Shown here: piece after piece, positions 15,483 to 25,311 of the stretch
Numbering within the stretch: position 1 is the stretch's first letter
How the letters are laid out: each line of letters opens with the position of its first letter
NCBI GenBank assembly: GCA_937921685.1
Contig: CAKZUF010000019.1
Span: 1 to 27,468 of the forward strand
Reading direction: 5' to 3'
Length of the DNA stretch: 27,468 nucleotides
Source: an uncultured archaeon
GTDB taxonomy: Archaea > Thermoproteota > Nitrososphaeria_A > Caldarchaeales > Calditenuaceae
Program-made: the position numbers and the translations under genes
The notes under the pieces: generated by a model
Told to the model about the DNA's origin: nothing
Databases searched by the model: none
What the model saw: only the letters and a program-made list of their open reading frames with translations

Positions 15483-16289
15483 ATGCTGACGCGTTATGCG
15501 TTTATTGACCCGTTTCTACGTCTCATGGGCTGGAACACCGAGGACCCAGAGCATGTTAGGCCGGAGTTCTCTACACAGGCTGGACGACCTGACTACGCCC
15601 TACTGCACGGTGGTACGACGCCTCTCGTCTTCATAGGTGCGAAGAGCCTCGGAAAACAAGGGGAGCTCCACCAATACATCTCATACTGCGTCAGCGAGGG
15701 CGTAAAATACTTCATAGCAACCGACGGCGCGAGATGGGAGGTATATGACACCTCTATCCTTAAACCCTTGGTCGAGAAGAAGATAGCAGAGTGGGACATA
15801 CTAAGGGAAGACCCCGGAGAAGTCCTAAGAAAAGCCTTCATAATCTTTAGACACGCGCCTTTCACCGGAGAAGCACAAAAACCAATAACATCACAAGATA
15901 CAAGGAGAGAAGGAGAAGTCGAAAAAGTCGGAGACCCTTTGAGCAAGATCAAGCCTAAACCGCGTGAGAAATTGATGTATCATGAAATTGTATTCCCCGA
16001 CGGAAAGCGGTACACCCTTAAGGCTTATGCAGATGTCCTCCTTAGAACCGTTCAATGGCTAGCCGAAACAAATAAGCTAAGGAGAGAGTCTCTTCCAGTC
16101 AAAACACGCGGTGAAAGGCATATAGTAAATACTACGCCTCACCATTCGTCTGGAAAACCATTTAGATCTCCTAAAGAAGTCGCGGGGTTCTTTGTCGAGC
16201 ATCACTGGAGTACTAAAGCTTTAATACGATATTCTAAGAAGATATTAGAAAGGTTCCACATAGACTCTAGTGAAGTTCGCTTGGTCTAG
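15483..16289 (+). CDS. HsdR_N-like (PD-(D/E)xK fold) N-terminal domain protein with an uncharacterised C-terminal domain
   Basis: LTRYAFIDPFLRLMGW...GRPDYALL...PLVFIGAKS...YFIATDGARWEVYD follows the type I restriction R-protein N-terminal domain pattern. Gly sits where the catalytic Glu of E-x-K is expected. I do not recognise the C-terminal ~120 aa. Confidence 0.55.
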   Translation: MLTRYAFIDPFLRLMGWNTEDPEHVRPEFSTQAGRPDYALLHGGTTPLVFIGAKSLGKQGELHQYISYCVSEGVKYFIATDGARWEVYDTSILKPLVEKKIAEWDILREDPGEVLRKAFIIFRHAPFTGEAQKPITSQDTRREGEVEKVGDPLSKIKPKPREKLMYHEIVFPDGKRYTLKAYADVLLRTVQWLAETNKLRRESLPVKTRGERHIVNTTPHHSSGKPFRSPKEVAGFFVEHHWSTKALIRYSKKILERFHIDSSEVRLV

Positions 16290-16335
16290 ACTTGTATCCC
16301 TTGGCATATACTTGGTGGTTGTGGTGGCTGTTTTT

Positions 16336-16343
16336 CTTTATTA
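16336..16343 (+). promoter_or_regulatory. TATA-like element (CTTTATTA) upstream of ahcY
   Basis: The centre lies about 29 nt upstream of the ATG at 16369, which supports a leaderless start there rather than the GTG at 16348. Confidence 0.4.
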
Positions 16344-16368
16344 GGTTGTGAGTTTTGTTTGGTGGGAG

Positions 16369-17688
16369 ATGGCTGGCGGTGATTTCTGGGTTAGGGATTT
16401 GGGGCTTGCGGATCAGGGGTTGAGGAGGATTGCTTGGGCTGAGAGGCTGATGCCTGTTTGTCTCTCGATTAGGAGGAGGTTTGATGAGGAGAGGCCTCTT
16501 GAGGGTGTAAGGGTTGCGGCTTGTCTGCATGTTACTAAGGAGACTGCTGTCTTGGTTGAGACGCTTAGGGCTGGCGGGGCGGAGGTGGCGCTCTGCGCCT
16601 CTAACCCTCTAAGCACTCAGGATGATGTTGCCGCAGCCCTCGCCTCCAAGGGTGTAAAGGTATACGCTGTCAGGGGTATGAGCCCGCAGGAGTATTACGA
16701 GTGTATAGGGTGGACGCTCAGGCTGAATCCCTCTATAACGATCGACGATGGAGCTGACTTGACCTCGACTGTCCACAAGATCTTGCACGGTATGAGGGAT
16801 GAGAGTGTGTCCTGGGCTACTAGGGTTTTGGACGACCCAGTGGGGTCTTGCTCCGGCATCTATGGTGGAACGGAGGAGACGACTACGGGCGTTACTAGGC
16901 TTCGATCCCTAGAGGCCCAAGGCCTGCTACTATACCCTATCATAGCCGTGAACGACTCGCCCACGAAGAGGCTCTTCGACAACCCGATAGGGACAGGCCA
17001 GTCTGTCTTGGACGGAATTATGAGGGCCACGGGCATCCTGCTTGCGGGTAAGAGGGTTGTGGTTGCGGGTTATGGGCAGGTGGGCTCCGGCATAGCGATG
17101 AGGGCGAGGGGGATGGGTTGTGAAGTCATAGTGGTTGAACCATCACCCGTCAGGGCCCTGATGGCGGCCATGAACGGCTTCAGAGTCACGGACATGAACG
17201 AGGCTGCGGCAATAGGCGACATATTCATCACAGCGACAGGCGACATTAACGTGATACGCGAAGAACACTTCCTGAAGATGAAGAGCGGGGCAATATTGGC
17301 GAACGCGGGGCACTACGACGTCGAGATATCTAAGCGTGACCTCGCCAAGCTCTCCATCCGGGTAGAGAGAGTATCTGACCTCATAACAAAGTACTTGCTG
17401 AGTGATGGTCGTGAGCTCTATCTGCTGGCTGAAGGAAGGCTTGTGAACCTCGTGGCTGCTGAGGGTCACCCTCCCGAGGTGATGGATCTGAGCTTTTCAC
17501 TACAGGCACTCGCTGTCAAGTATTTGGTCGAGAACCGCGGGAGACTTGAGAGGCGGGTCTACCTCTTACCGCAGGAGATTGATGACATGGTTGCGAGGGA
17601 GAAGTTGGCCTCAATGGGTGTGAAGCTGGAGTCTCTGACTGAAGAGCAGGTAAAATATCTCAGAGAGTGGCAGCTGGGGACAACCTAG
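16369..17688 (+). CDS. ahcY: Adenosylhomocysteinase (S-adenosyl-L-homocysteine hydrolase)
   Basis: [54 protein letters not shown] and NAD-binding [10 protein letters not shown] are all canonical AhcY blocks. The ORF track starts 21 nt earlier, at GTG 16348. Confidence 0.93.
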   Translation: MAGGDFWVRDLGLADQGLRRIAWAERLMPVCLSIRRRFDEERPLEGVRVAACLHVTKETAVLVETLRAGGAEVALCASNPLSTQDDVAAALASKGVKVYAVRGMSPQEYYECIGWTLRLNPSITIDDGADLTSTVHKILHGMRDESVSWATRVLDDPVGSCSGIYGGTEETTTGVTRLRSLEAQGLLLYPIIAVNDSPTKRLFDNPIGTGQSVLDGIMRATGILLAGKRVVVAGYGQVGSGIAMRARGMGCEVIVVEPSPVRALMAAMNGFRVTDMNEAAAIGDIFITATGDINVIREEHFLKMKSGAILANAGHYDVEISKRDLAKLSIRVERVSDLITKYLLSDGRELYLLAEGRLVNLVAAEGHPPEVMDLSFSLQALAVKYLVENRGRLERRVYLLPQEIDDMVAREKLASMGVKLESLTEEQVKYLREWQLGTT

Positions 17689-17694
17689 TGCTGG

Positions 17695-18411
17695 CTACCT
17701 CTTTCTCCCCGTGCGCCTCGCGGCTATAAGGCCGACCTTTCTCCCCGGTGGCGCGGTTCTCTTAACGGTCTCCGGCCGTCCAATCTTCTTATGACTCCCG
17801 CCTCCGAACGGGTGTCTGGCTGGAACCATCGCCACGCCCCTGACCCTCGGATAGGGCCTGTGCTTCGCCTTCATCAGCCAGTATTTCTTACCGGCCTTGA
17901 GCATCGGTTTATCCACCCTACCACCCCCCGCGACCGCCCCGACTACGGCGAAACAGCTACCACTCAGCTCAACCAGCTTCCTTGAGGGTAGCCTGATGAT
18001 TGTCTTGTCGCCTACTTGGGAGATGACCGAGGCATATGCTCCTGACGACCTAGCCAGTACACCTCCATCTCCAGGCCTAAGCTCAACTGTCGAGACTATC
18101 GCGCCCTCAGGCAGAACTCCCACCGGCAGTATGTTTCCCACAGAAGGGCTTGCCTTACTCCCAATCTCTATCTTCTGACCTACATACATCCCCTGGACCG
18201 CGGGGATGTAGAATACCTTATTGTCGGCCTCGATTTCTGCGACTGGTGCACCCCTGCCCGGGTCGTGGAGTATGTCCCTGACATATCCCGTCATCAGCTC
18301 ACCATTCCGGGGCAGCTCCGGAGGTATTCCCACCTCGAAGTGTCTCTGGATACTGGCCACGTATGTTGGGGAGCCGCGCCCAATCCTTTGGGCTCGGATA
18401 CGCCTAGGCAT
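17695..18411 (-). CDS. rpl2: 50S ribosomal protein uL2
   Basis: 238 aa with LRPGDGG, RVRGVAMVPARHPFGGG and a basic C-terminus. Confidence 0.95.
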   Translation of the reverse strand: MPRRIRAQRIGRGSPTYVASIQRHFEVGIPPELPRNGELMTGYVRDILHDPGRGAPVAEIEADNKVFYIPAVQGMYVGQKIEIGSKASPSVGNILPVGVLPEGAIVSTVELRPGDGGVLARSSGAYASVISQVGDKTIIRLPSRKLVELSGSCFAVVGAVAGGGRVDKPMLKAGKKYWLMKAKHRPYPRVRGVAMVPARHPFGGGSHKKIGRPETVKRTAPPGRKVGLIAARRTGRKR

Positions 18412-18422
18412 GGAGAATCACC

Positions 18423-18686
18423 CTAAAAGACTCCCAACCTCGTGGCGATGTCTGAGGCCTTGTAATCAGGCGCCAGCTTGACAAAGGCCTTCTTCTCACC
18501 CCGTGGAGTAATGAGCGTATTAACCTTCTCAACCTTAACCTCATAAATCCTCTCCACAGCCAGCTTGATATCCCTCTTAGTCGCATTAATATCCACGATA
18601 AATGTCAGCTTATTCTCCCTCTCAATCAATGAGACAGCATCCTGAGTAACTACGAGCCCCTTAATCACCGCCTGCGGATCCATCAC
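18423..18686 (-). CDS. rpl23: 50S ribosomal protein uL23
   Basis: 87 aa with [34 protein letters not shown]. Positioned between uL4 and uL2. Confidence 0.92.
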   Translation of the reverse strand: MMDPQAVIKGLVVTQDAVSLIERENKLTFIVDINATKRDIKLAVERIYEVKVEKVNTLITPRGEKKAFVKLAPDYKASDIATRLGVF

Positions 18687-19497
18687 CCAACAACCTCCTC
18701 TCGAGCACGGGTAGAGAGCTTAGAGTGTATATGGTCAGTCTACCTGCGTGGCCCCCGGGGGCGAGGTCGAGGACACTCAGATCCTTGGCTAGAACGACAT
18801 CTACCCCTGGAATGTTCTCGGCCGCCTTCGAGACACCCTCATCAGCGTGGACCACTAGGAGTGGCCCCTTCCTCCTCTTGTAGCGCCTTCCCCTCCTCTT
18901 CCCCTTACCCGCCCTAATCTTGACCTCCCGACACCTCTTAAGCTCCTCACCCAGCCCCAACGCATCAAGAACCCTTAGCAAATCAGCGGTCTTCTTAATA
19001 GATGTGAGAGAGTCCTCAACGATAATGGGTAGCTGTATTCCCTCGGGTATCCTATGCCCGCGCGCCCTCACATACTGGAAGCTCGAGGTAAATGCGATGG
19101 CTGAGGCCAAGGCAGCTCTTTTCTCTTTCTCGTTGATGTTTTTGTGGATCTTCTTCTCTGGAGTTGGCGGGTGGGTCGGCCTTCCCCCAACAGCAGTAGG
19201 GACAAATCCTCCGCCCCTCGCCTTTCCTGTCCCCTCGACCTTGAGACGCGCAATCCTCGCCATACCGTAACCCGGACCGAGCGACTCCACCGAGTACTTA
19301 TGGCCTGACCCCTTCCAAGCCCCCTTAGGCTGGAACCTGTGGGAAAGTAGGTGAATATACGCCTTACGGACTAGGTCCGCTCTCAGCTTCGCAGCGAATA
19401 TGCGGGGGAGAACTACCTCGCCTCGGCTTGAACCGTCAAGCCCCCTCACGGCAGCAGTGACTTGCTCCGCCCTCAGAAGCTGGCCTAAAAGCGTCAA
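18661..19497 (-). CDS. rpl4: 50S ribosomal protein uL4
   Basis: 278 aa with an archaeal uL4 pattern ([34 protein letters not shown]...). The TTG start overlaps the rpl3 stop by 4 nt. Confidence 0.92.
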   Translation of the reverse strand: MTLLGQLLRAEQVTAAVRGLDGSSRGEVVLPRIFAAKLRADLVRKAYIHLLSHRFQPKGAWKGSGHKYSVESLGPGYGMARIARLKVEGTGKARGGGFVPTAVGGRPTHPPTPEKKIHKNINEKEKRAALASAIAFTSSFQYVRARGHRIPEGIQLPIIVEDSLTSIKKTADLLRVLDALGLGEELKRCREVKIRAGKGKRRGRRYKRRKGPLLVVHADEGVSKAAENIPGVDVVLAKDLSVLDLAPGGHAGRLTIYTLSSLPVLERRLLGDGSAGGD

Positions 19498-20495
19498 GAC
19501 GACAACACCTCTCCAGCATACACCATTGCGGACAGCTTCGGAGCCCCGAGGCTGTAGCGTGGGGGTTTCGCCGGAGTTCTAAGAACCACAGGCCTCTTAG
19601 GCGTCCCCATCACAGACCCTAACAGGGCGATTGCAGGACACTTAGGCGGAGGAGCTCGGATATATCCACCCTTCGGCACAGGCGCCTGGCCATCGGGCCA
19701 GACCTTAACAATCCTCTTATTGTACTCGGTCCTGTAGTGGAATCCCATCTGCCCGGCGCGGGGGACAAACCTAGTGACATACTTCGGGCTCCTCCCACCA
19801 ATCGCGCCGACTGCCCTCCTAGTCTTCCTCTGCTTGCGTGGAAGAATCTTGACACCAAACCTCCTCACAACTCCTTGGAATCCATGACCCTTAGTGACCC
19901 CCACGACATCGACAAACTCGCCCTCCCTGAAGACCTCTTCGACCGGTAGACGCTTACCCAACCTCTCGACAACATAGTTGAATGCCTCCTCGACGCTCCC
20001 CGTAACAGGTATTGAGAGGATAATGGCCTTCTTCTGTGATAGGCCAGCCTCTCTTGGATAGGAGGCAGCTAGGGCTCTGACTTGTGCGGCCTTGCCTAGG
20101 AGAGCTCTAAGGTCATCGACACCTTTTGAGGTTGGTGAGACGCCTCTGACGCGCTCCCTAACCTCTGGTGGCAGGTCGCCAATTATGTGCCGCCCTAACT
20201 CCACCAGATAGCCATTCTCCCTCTTCAGTAGTATGACCCCTATGATGTGGAGCGGTGGGGCTGCGAGTATGGTGCACCCCGTAGCCACCTCGGTCCCCTG
20301 CGTGGGTGAGCCGGGAATGTCATCAACCATGAAGGTCGTGATCATCCCCAACTTATAGGCTATGAAGCCGGCGAGACCTATCCTGTCTCTCCTCTCCGGC
20401 CAAAAGTTGACGCGGGGGAGAGGAGACTCAGCCCTCCGCCTAGGCGAGTACGCCAGAGACCCTCTCCTCGGAGCAGAGTATTTTCTATGCCCCAT
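19494..20495 (-). CDS. rpl3: 50S ribosomal protein uL3
   Basis: 333 aa. N-terminal MGHRKYSAPRRGSLAYSPRRRA and GVTKGHGFQGVVRRFG are typical of archaeal uL3. Confidence 0.95.
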   Translation of the reverse strand: MGHRKYSAPRRGSLAYSPRRRAESPLPRVNFWPERRDRIGLAGFIAYKLGMITTFMVDDIPGSPTQGTEVATGCTILAAPPLHIIGVILLKRENGYLVELGRHIIGDLPPEVRERVRGVSPTSKGVDDLRALLGKAAQVRALAASYPREAGLSQKKAIILSIPVTGSVEEAFNYVVERLGKRLPVEEVFREGEFVDVVGVTKGHGFQGVVRRFGVKILPRKQRKTRRAVGAIGGRSPKYVTRFVPRAGQMGFHYRTEYNKRIVKVWPDGQAPVPKGGYIRAPPPKCPAIALLGSVMGTPKRPVVLRTPAKPPRYSLGAPKLSAMVYAGEVLSS

Positions 20496-20519
20496 TCTTC
20501 ACCCACTTAGCTGAGACTG

Positions 20520-20526
20520 CTTATAC
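20520..20526 (-). promoter_or_regulatory. TATA box (GTATAAG on minus strand) for the rpl3 operon
   Basis: The centre lies about 28 nt upstream of the rpl3 ATG at 20495, which implies a leaderless transcript. Confidence 0.45.
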
Positions 20527-20648
20527 CTGCCGGAGTTATAAACCTGAAGCCAAGGAATAATCCACGCTCCCCTGAAACTCTACCAGACAGTGTTGCTTAG
20601 GAACGGTTTTTAGGGCGATTACGCCCCGTCATTAGTTGGTCCTTCGGA

Positions 20649-21935
20649 TTGTCAAGCAGGCTCAGAGAGTTGATGGGCCCCTATGCCGATGAGGCTGAGA
20701 GATGTATAAGGTGTGGCTTCTGCAACTCGGTCTGCCCCACGACACTTAGCAGTATCGGGCACATCCCTTCAAGGACCAGCAGGGGCAGGCTGGTGCTGCT
20801 TCAGTCGAGCCTAGAGAAGGGAACACCACACCCATTTACCCCGCGCTTCAAGGAGCTGATCGACCTGTGCATAGGCTGTCTGAGATGTGTAAGCGTCTGC
20901 CCCGCCCGCATCCCAATCCCCACCGTCATGTCAAGCTATAGGCGCGCATACACAGTAGCTGTTAGAGGAAAACCTCTAAGTAGGGGTGAACGCGTTGTAG
21001 CGAACTATGAGCCTGTTGTGAAATATCTGTCAAGGGCTCCGGGCCTTCTCAGAAAAATGCTGCTTGGAAAGCCTCTGCTATGGTTGTTTAGGCGTGTGGC
21101 AGGGTTCGCAGACGACGCCCCACTCCCAATACCTGAGGGAGGGACGCTCGACAATCATTTCAAGAATAGAAAGCCAAGGCCTGGATACCAGACACTCGCA
21201 TATTTCTCAGACACCTATGCTAGGTTTGTCAAGCCCAGCATCGGCATCTCCGCCAGAGAACTACTCAGAACTGCCGAAATCGAACTAGTGTATCCGCGGC
21301 AATATGACTCGGGGGTGATATTCTGGGAGCTCGGCCTCTGGGACAAGGTGAAGAAGCTCGCAGCACTGAATGTGGAGATTTTATCGGGTGAGGTTGAGAA
21401 GGGGAGGAAGATTCTCTGCACATCCCCCGCATCCACCCTAATGCTGAGGGAGGTCTATCCAAGACTATTGGACAACGAAAAGAGTAGGACCGTCTCAGAA
21501 GCTGTGGTAGACATAAACGAGCTCATCAACAGCCTCGTGGAGTCTGGGAGACTTTCAGCCAATCTCAGCGGCCTTAGCTTCATCCTGCACTCCACATGCC
21601 TTTCCCAATATCTCCACTTAACCAGCCATATCGCGGGGACCTTCGAGAAACTCGGGGCCCGCGTCGGTGGGGTGGCGACTGAGTGTTGTGGGTCAGGCGG
21701 CCTATGGGGTCTCTTCAGAAAGAATAGGGGACTCTCAACTGAGATTGGAGGCAAATTGTTGAAAAGGCTCGGACCTAGCGGGGCAGTCTTGTCCTACAGT
21801 GAGACCTGCGCCCAGCAGATCATATCACTCACGCAAGGTAAAAAGGCTGTCTACCTCCCCCATGAAGCCCTTTACAACTGGGTGAGGAGGGCCGCTACAC
21901 ATTATCAGTCCGAGCATATTGCTCAAGCATCATGA
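20649..21935 (+). CDS. (Fe-S)-binding oxidoreductase subunit, GlpC/HdrD/glycolate oxidase Fe-S subunit-like
   Basis: Two ferredoxin-type motifs (CIRCGFCNSVCP and CIGCLRCVSVCP) plus a C-terminal CCG-type cysteine motif (ECCGSGG). The start is either TTG 20649 or ATG 20673. Confidence 0.78.
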   Translation: MSSRLRELMGPYADEAERCIRCGFCNSVCPTTLSSIGHIPSRTSRGRLVLLQSSLEKGTPHPFTPRFKELIDLCIGCLRCVSVCPARIPIPTVMSSYRRAYTVAVRGKPLSRGERVVANYEPVVKYLSRAPGLLRKMLLGKPLLWLFRRVAGFADDAPLPIPEGGTLDNHFKNRKPRPGYQTLAYFSDTYARFVKPSIGISARELLRTAEIELVYPRQYDSGVIFWELGLWDKVKKLAALNVEILSGEVEKGRKILCTSPASTLMLREVYPRLLDNEKSRTVSEAVVDINELINSLVESGRLSANLSGLSFILHSTCLSQYLHLTSHIAGTFEKLGARVGGVATECCGSGGLWGLFRKNRGLSTEIGGKLLKRLGPSGAVLSYSETCAQQIISLTQGKKAVYLPHEALYNWVRRAATHYQSEHIAQAS

Positions 21936-22941
21936 GCCCACTAGGCTCGTAGACACCGTATTCGGTGATGATGGCGGAGATCAGGTTGGGCGGTGTTATG
22001 TCGAAGGCTAGGTTCACTGCATTGGAGCCGCGTGGGGCGATGCTCTTACCGGCGAAGGTCAGCACTTCCCTCTCATCTCTCTCCTCAATCTTCACCTCCT
22101 CCGGCTTATTCTCAAAGTCGAAGCTGGAGAGGGGCGCGGCTACATAGAACGGTACTCCAAAATACTTTGCGGGGATCGCAAGACCTAGGGTGCCAATCTT
22201 GTTAACAACGTGCCCTGTCCTCGCGAGGACCCTATCAGCTCCCACAACTATGCAGCCGACCTTCCCCATGCTCATTAACATGGAGGCCATATTGTCTGTG
22301 ATTATCTTGTATGGTATGCCCAGCCTCCTCAGCTCATATGCTGTGAGCCTGGCTCCTTGAAGCTTCGGCCTAGTCTCGGGGACAAGCACCGAGACCTTCT
22401 TGCCCTCCTCGAAGGCAGCTCTTATGACCCCAATCGCCGTACCATACCCTACGGTAGCCAACCCCCCGGCATTGCAGTAGGTCATGACAGTTGCGCCGTC
22501 TGGTATTAGCCCCTTCCCATACTCTCCTATCCGCTTGTTAGCCTCGATGTCTGCTTCAGCCATTCTGTTTGCCTCCCTTAGAAGTGTCTCATAGACGTCT
22601 AAACCCGTCTCCATAGCCTTCTTAGCCAGTCTCACCATCCGGTCAACAGCCCAGAACAGGTTCACTGCGGTGGGTCGAGTCGACTTGATCGCCTCGGCTG
22701 CCTCCATGATTCTCTCCTCGAGATCTGCTTTCTTGCTTCGAGATGCCTTACAGGCTAGGACGACACCGTATGCGGCGGCCACACCAATGGCGGGCGCACC
22801 CCTGACAACCATTTCCCTAATAGCGCGTGCGACCTCTCTGTATCCCCTACACTTCACATATCTCTCCTTATGTGGGAGGAGACGCTGGTCGAGCAGGTAT
22901 AGAGAGCCCCCCTTCCAGTAGAGGGTCCTGAGCTCCCTCAA
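21895..22941 (-). CDS. mtnA: Methylthioribose-1-phosphate isomerase (eIF-2B alpha/beta/delta-related family)
   Basis: YWKGGSLYLLDQRLLPH...AIREMVVRGAPAIGVAAAYG and VGADRV...G.VVNKIGT are hallmark MtnA/e2B blocks. TTG start. The 3' end overlaps the convergent Fe-S gene by 41 nt. Confidence 0.85.
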   Translation of the reverse strand: MRELRTLYWKGGSLYLLDQRLLPHKERYVKCRGYREVARAIREMVVRGAPAIGVAAAYGVVLACKASRSKKADLEERIMEAAEAIKSTRPTAVNLFWAVDRMVRLAKKAMETGLDVYETLLREANRMAEADIEANKRIGEYGKGLIPDGATVMTYCNAGGLATVGYGTAIGVIRAAFEEGKKVSVLVPETRPKLQGARLTAYELRRLGIPYKIITDNMASMLMSMGKVGCIVVGADRVLARTGHVVNKIGTLGLAIPAKYFGVPFYVAAPLSSFDFENKPEEVKIEERDEREVLTFAGKSIAPRGSNAVNLAFDITPPNLISAIITEYGVYEPSGLMMLEQYARTDNV

Positions 22942-22966
22942 CAGTGAATAATGGGGAAGAGGGGTG

Positions 22967-22974
22967 AATTATAC
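22967..22974 (-). promoter_or_regulatory. TATA box (GTATAATT on minus strand) for mtnA
   Basis: The centre lies about 29 nt upstream of the mtnA TTG at 22941. It abuts the stop codon of the upstream oxidoreductase gene. Confidence 0.4.
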
Positions 22975-23988
22975 CTATAGCTTGGCCTCTTTGCTGATGC
23001 TCCACTCTCCGAGAACATGCTCTAGCGAGACTGTTCTGCGACTCTTCATGGAGGCGAGTATGGCTTCGGCGACGGCCAGTGAGAGCAGTCCATCCCTCGG
23101 GCCAGGGACCAGCTCCTTGGAGGAGCGGAGCTGCTCGACAAAGTAGGTGAGCTCGCTTTTCAGCGGCTCGACATAGTTTATGGTGGGGCTGATGGAGTAG
23201 TCTGGCTTCTCAATTACAACCTCGCCGGTGAGAAACTCTATGTGGGCGACACCCTCGGTCCCAGTTATCCGCATATCCCTCTTCTTCTTCGAGGAGAGCC
23301 AATTAGCCTCCACCGAAGCCGACCTGACCTCGTCAAAATACATCAGGGCCTGTACGTAGTCTTCATAGCTGTGCCTGAGCGCTCCCCCTGTTGCGTAAAT
23401 GTGCAAGGGTGTGCTTCCAAAGAAATAGTGTGTTAAATCTATGTCATGTATCGCGACGTCCTTTACTACGCCGACATCTCCAATCCTTTCAGGCCACGGC
23501 CCTATCCTTCTAGCAGCTATTGTGAGTGGGGTGCCTATGACTCCATCCGATAATGCGGAGAGCATATACTGCACAGCAGCGTTGAACCTCTCGATAAAGC
23601 CGACCATCAATCTCCCTCTACAGGATTTGACTGTGTCGTAGATCTCTATAGCCTCCTTGAGGCTAGCGGCCATCGGCTTCTCGACAAGTACCGCCACCCC
23701 ATCTCTAATACACTCCAACGCAATCTCAGCGTGAGTTATTGTAGGTGTGCATATGCTGACTGCGTCAACCTCCCCACTACGCAGGACTTGTCTATAGTCT
23801 GTGTATACGTGAGGTATGTTGTACCTCTTGGCAACGTGCTCAGCCCTCTGAACATCTATGTCTACAACTGCGCAAAGCTCAACGCTAGGGATCTCCGAGA
23901 GAACTCTGGCGTGGTTCCTACCCCAAAACCCCGCCCCAATCACTGCAACCCGGACCCGCTCTCCCACCAAGACCCAATCACTTCTCAC
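22975..23988 (-). CDS. Gfo/Idh/MocA-family NAD(P)-dependent oxidoreductase (possible sugar-nucleotide dehydrogenase)
   Basis: N-terminal RVAVIGAGFWGRNHARVL Rossmann motif, EKP motif (VLVEKPMA), and a typical ~335-aa length. Confidence 0.85.
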   Translation of the reverse strand: MRSDWVLVGERVRVAVIGAGFWGRNHARVLSEIPSVELCAVVDIDVQRAEHVAKRYNIPHVYTDYRQVLRSGEVDAVSICTPTITHAEIALECIRDGVAVLVEKPMAASLKEAIEIYDTVKSCRGRLMVGFIERFNAAVQYMLSALSDGVIGTPLTIAARRIGPWPERIGDVGVVKDVAIHDIDLTHYFFGSTPLHIYATGGALRHSYEDYVQALMYFDEVRSASVEANWLSSKKKRDMRITGTEGVAHIEFLTGEVVIEKPDYSISPTINYVEPLKSELTYFVEQLRSSKELVPGPRDGLLSLAVAEAILASMKSRRTVSLEHVLGEWSISKEAKL

Positions 23989-25072
23989 TCCTAATCAGGC
24001 GGAAATGGTTCAAGTCAATTATTACTCCGCCCTCACTTAATAAGCCTTTCAACTGGCTGATTGTCCTAGCGTCGACGCCGGCTACTATCGCCGCATCTAC
24101 TTTCTGGGGTGTCTTTTTGGACCCTAGCTCTGACTTGGCTAGGTATACTACTTTAAACTTTCTACCAATCTTGTCAGCCAGCTGAGGGCTAGTGCCTACC
24201 AGAAGTATTCTCGCCATTTTTTTAGACTTAAAGTATTTGGCGAGGAGGTCTACTACGACTTTATCACCTTCTTTAATAAGTCGGGAGATGGCTCCAGCGG
24301 CTAGGGGTCTCTGGAGCTCCGATCCCTCCAGCTCCTCCAGCATCATGAGCAGCGAGTCGCCGAGCCTACGCCTCCAGTGAATCCTCCTATACTTCCCCAC
24401 GAATTGGGGTAGATTCTCGAATTGCATGATACCATACCTTCGGTAGAGGATCAAGCCAACCTCTACAGCCGCAGCGTATGAAGCCGCCTCGCTTAGCAGC
24501 CGTGTGAGGGCTGCCGCCTCCGCCTCCAGATAGCTCAGACCAGGTATCAACTGTTTACGCCCACACAATGCAGAGACTACTGGTCTTACCTGCTCATCGA
24601 TGGGTGGGCCGCCTACAGGGACACTAGCCTTGAATATTCTTGTAAAAGGTAGGTAAAATAACCTCCAATCCCTAGTTTGGCGCTGCAGCATGGTCTGGAG
24701 CCAGTCCATCAACCCTAACTCGTGCAAACCAGTTTGAACTATGCGTAGAGTCGTTCCCCCGGCGTGATCGCTTACCTCTCTATAGACGTGGGCGAGGTCC
24801 CTCTTATCGATGTCTGAGTTAAGCCAGTGGATATAAGATATAACCAGCCTATCGCAGCTCGAGATTGCCTCTCGGATCTTTACCTCTTCCAGCTGCCCCT
24901 TATTGATCGCATTGACTACAAGTTTACGCGCTGCCTCGCTGACTCTCAGAGTCTTGAGACGCCTGCTAGGCACAAAAGGGGAATATTGGACCTGTAGCCC
25001 ACTCTTAAGCAGCTTGAAAAGTAGGGAAAGGCCGGAGCCATCCACGTCTATGAGAGAGACCGGACTAGTCAT
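23978..25072 (-). CDS. Hypothetical protein; apparently degenerate homologue of the UDP-glucose/GDP-mannose dehydrogenase family
   Basis: The architecture is collinear with nucleotide-sugar dehydrogenases. The N-terminal beta-alpha-beta has DGSGLS in place of GxGxxG. The central helix AEAAALTRLLSEAASYAAAVEVGLILYRRYGI resembles AE..KL..N.fRA..IA..NE. The C-terminal Rossmann-like ARILLVGTS...VDAAIVAG...GGVIIDLNHF is present. I found no catalytic-Cys motif. The coding call is stronger than the functional call. Confidence 0.5.
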   Translation of the reverse strand: MTSPVSLIDVDGSGLSLLFKLLKSGLQVQYSPFVPSRRLKTLRVSEAARKLVVNAINKGQLEEVKIREAISSCDRLVISYIHWLNSDIDKRDLAHVYREVSDHAGGTTLRIVQTGLHELGLMDWLQTMLQRQTRDWRLFYLPFTRIFKASVPVGGPPIDEQVRPVVSALCGRKQLIPGLSYLEAEAAALTRLLSEAASYAAAVEVGLILYRRYGIMQFENLPQFVGKYRRIHWRRRLGDSLLMMLEELEGSELQRPLAAGAISRLIKEGDKVVVDLLAKYFKSKKMARILLVGTSPQLADKIGRKFKVVYLAKSELGSKKTPQKVDAAIVAGVDARTISQLKGLLSEGGVIIDLNHFRLIRSEK

Positions 25073-25311
25073 TTCTGATCGCTCCTACCCCTCCTAGACT
25101 TGAGGGAGGCATAGAAGGCTAGCTCGAACAGCCAGACAAGCCACACGGCGAACAGAACGAGCGAGAGAGACACGCGTAACAGACTCGCGGCAAGGCTTGA
25201 CTCAATCCCCTGAGCCAAGGGCAGGATAATTGTTGAGATGGCGATGAGAATACCGATCAGCGAGACCCAAGCAACAGTAATGAGTGCTAAGAGGGTTTTC
25301 ATGGATCTCAC
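25069..25311 (-). CDS. Small membrane protein (about 2-3 TM helices), unknown function
   Basis: 80 aa, strongly hydrophobic. A GTGA overlap joins it to the upstream gene and an ATGA overlap joins it to the downstream gene, which suggests translational coupling. Confidence 0.6.
   Translation of the reverse strand: MRSMKTLLALITVAWVSLIGILIAISTIILPLAQGIESSLAASLLRVSLSLVLFAVWLVWLFELAFYASLKSRRGRSDQK

Noticed and set aside
16267-16530. 87-aa Pro-rich minus-strand ORF overlapping the ahcY 5' end and promoter.
   Set aside because: It is antisense to the strongly supported ahcY start region and has a low-complexity proline/asparagine composition.
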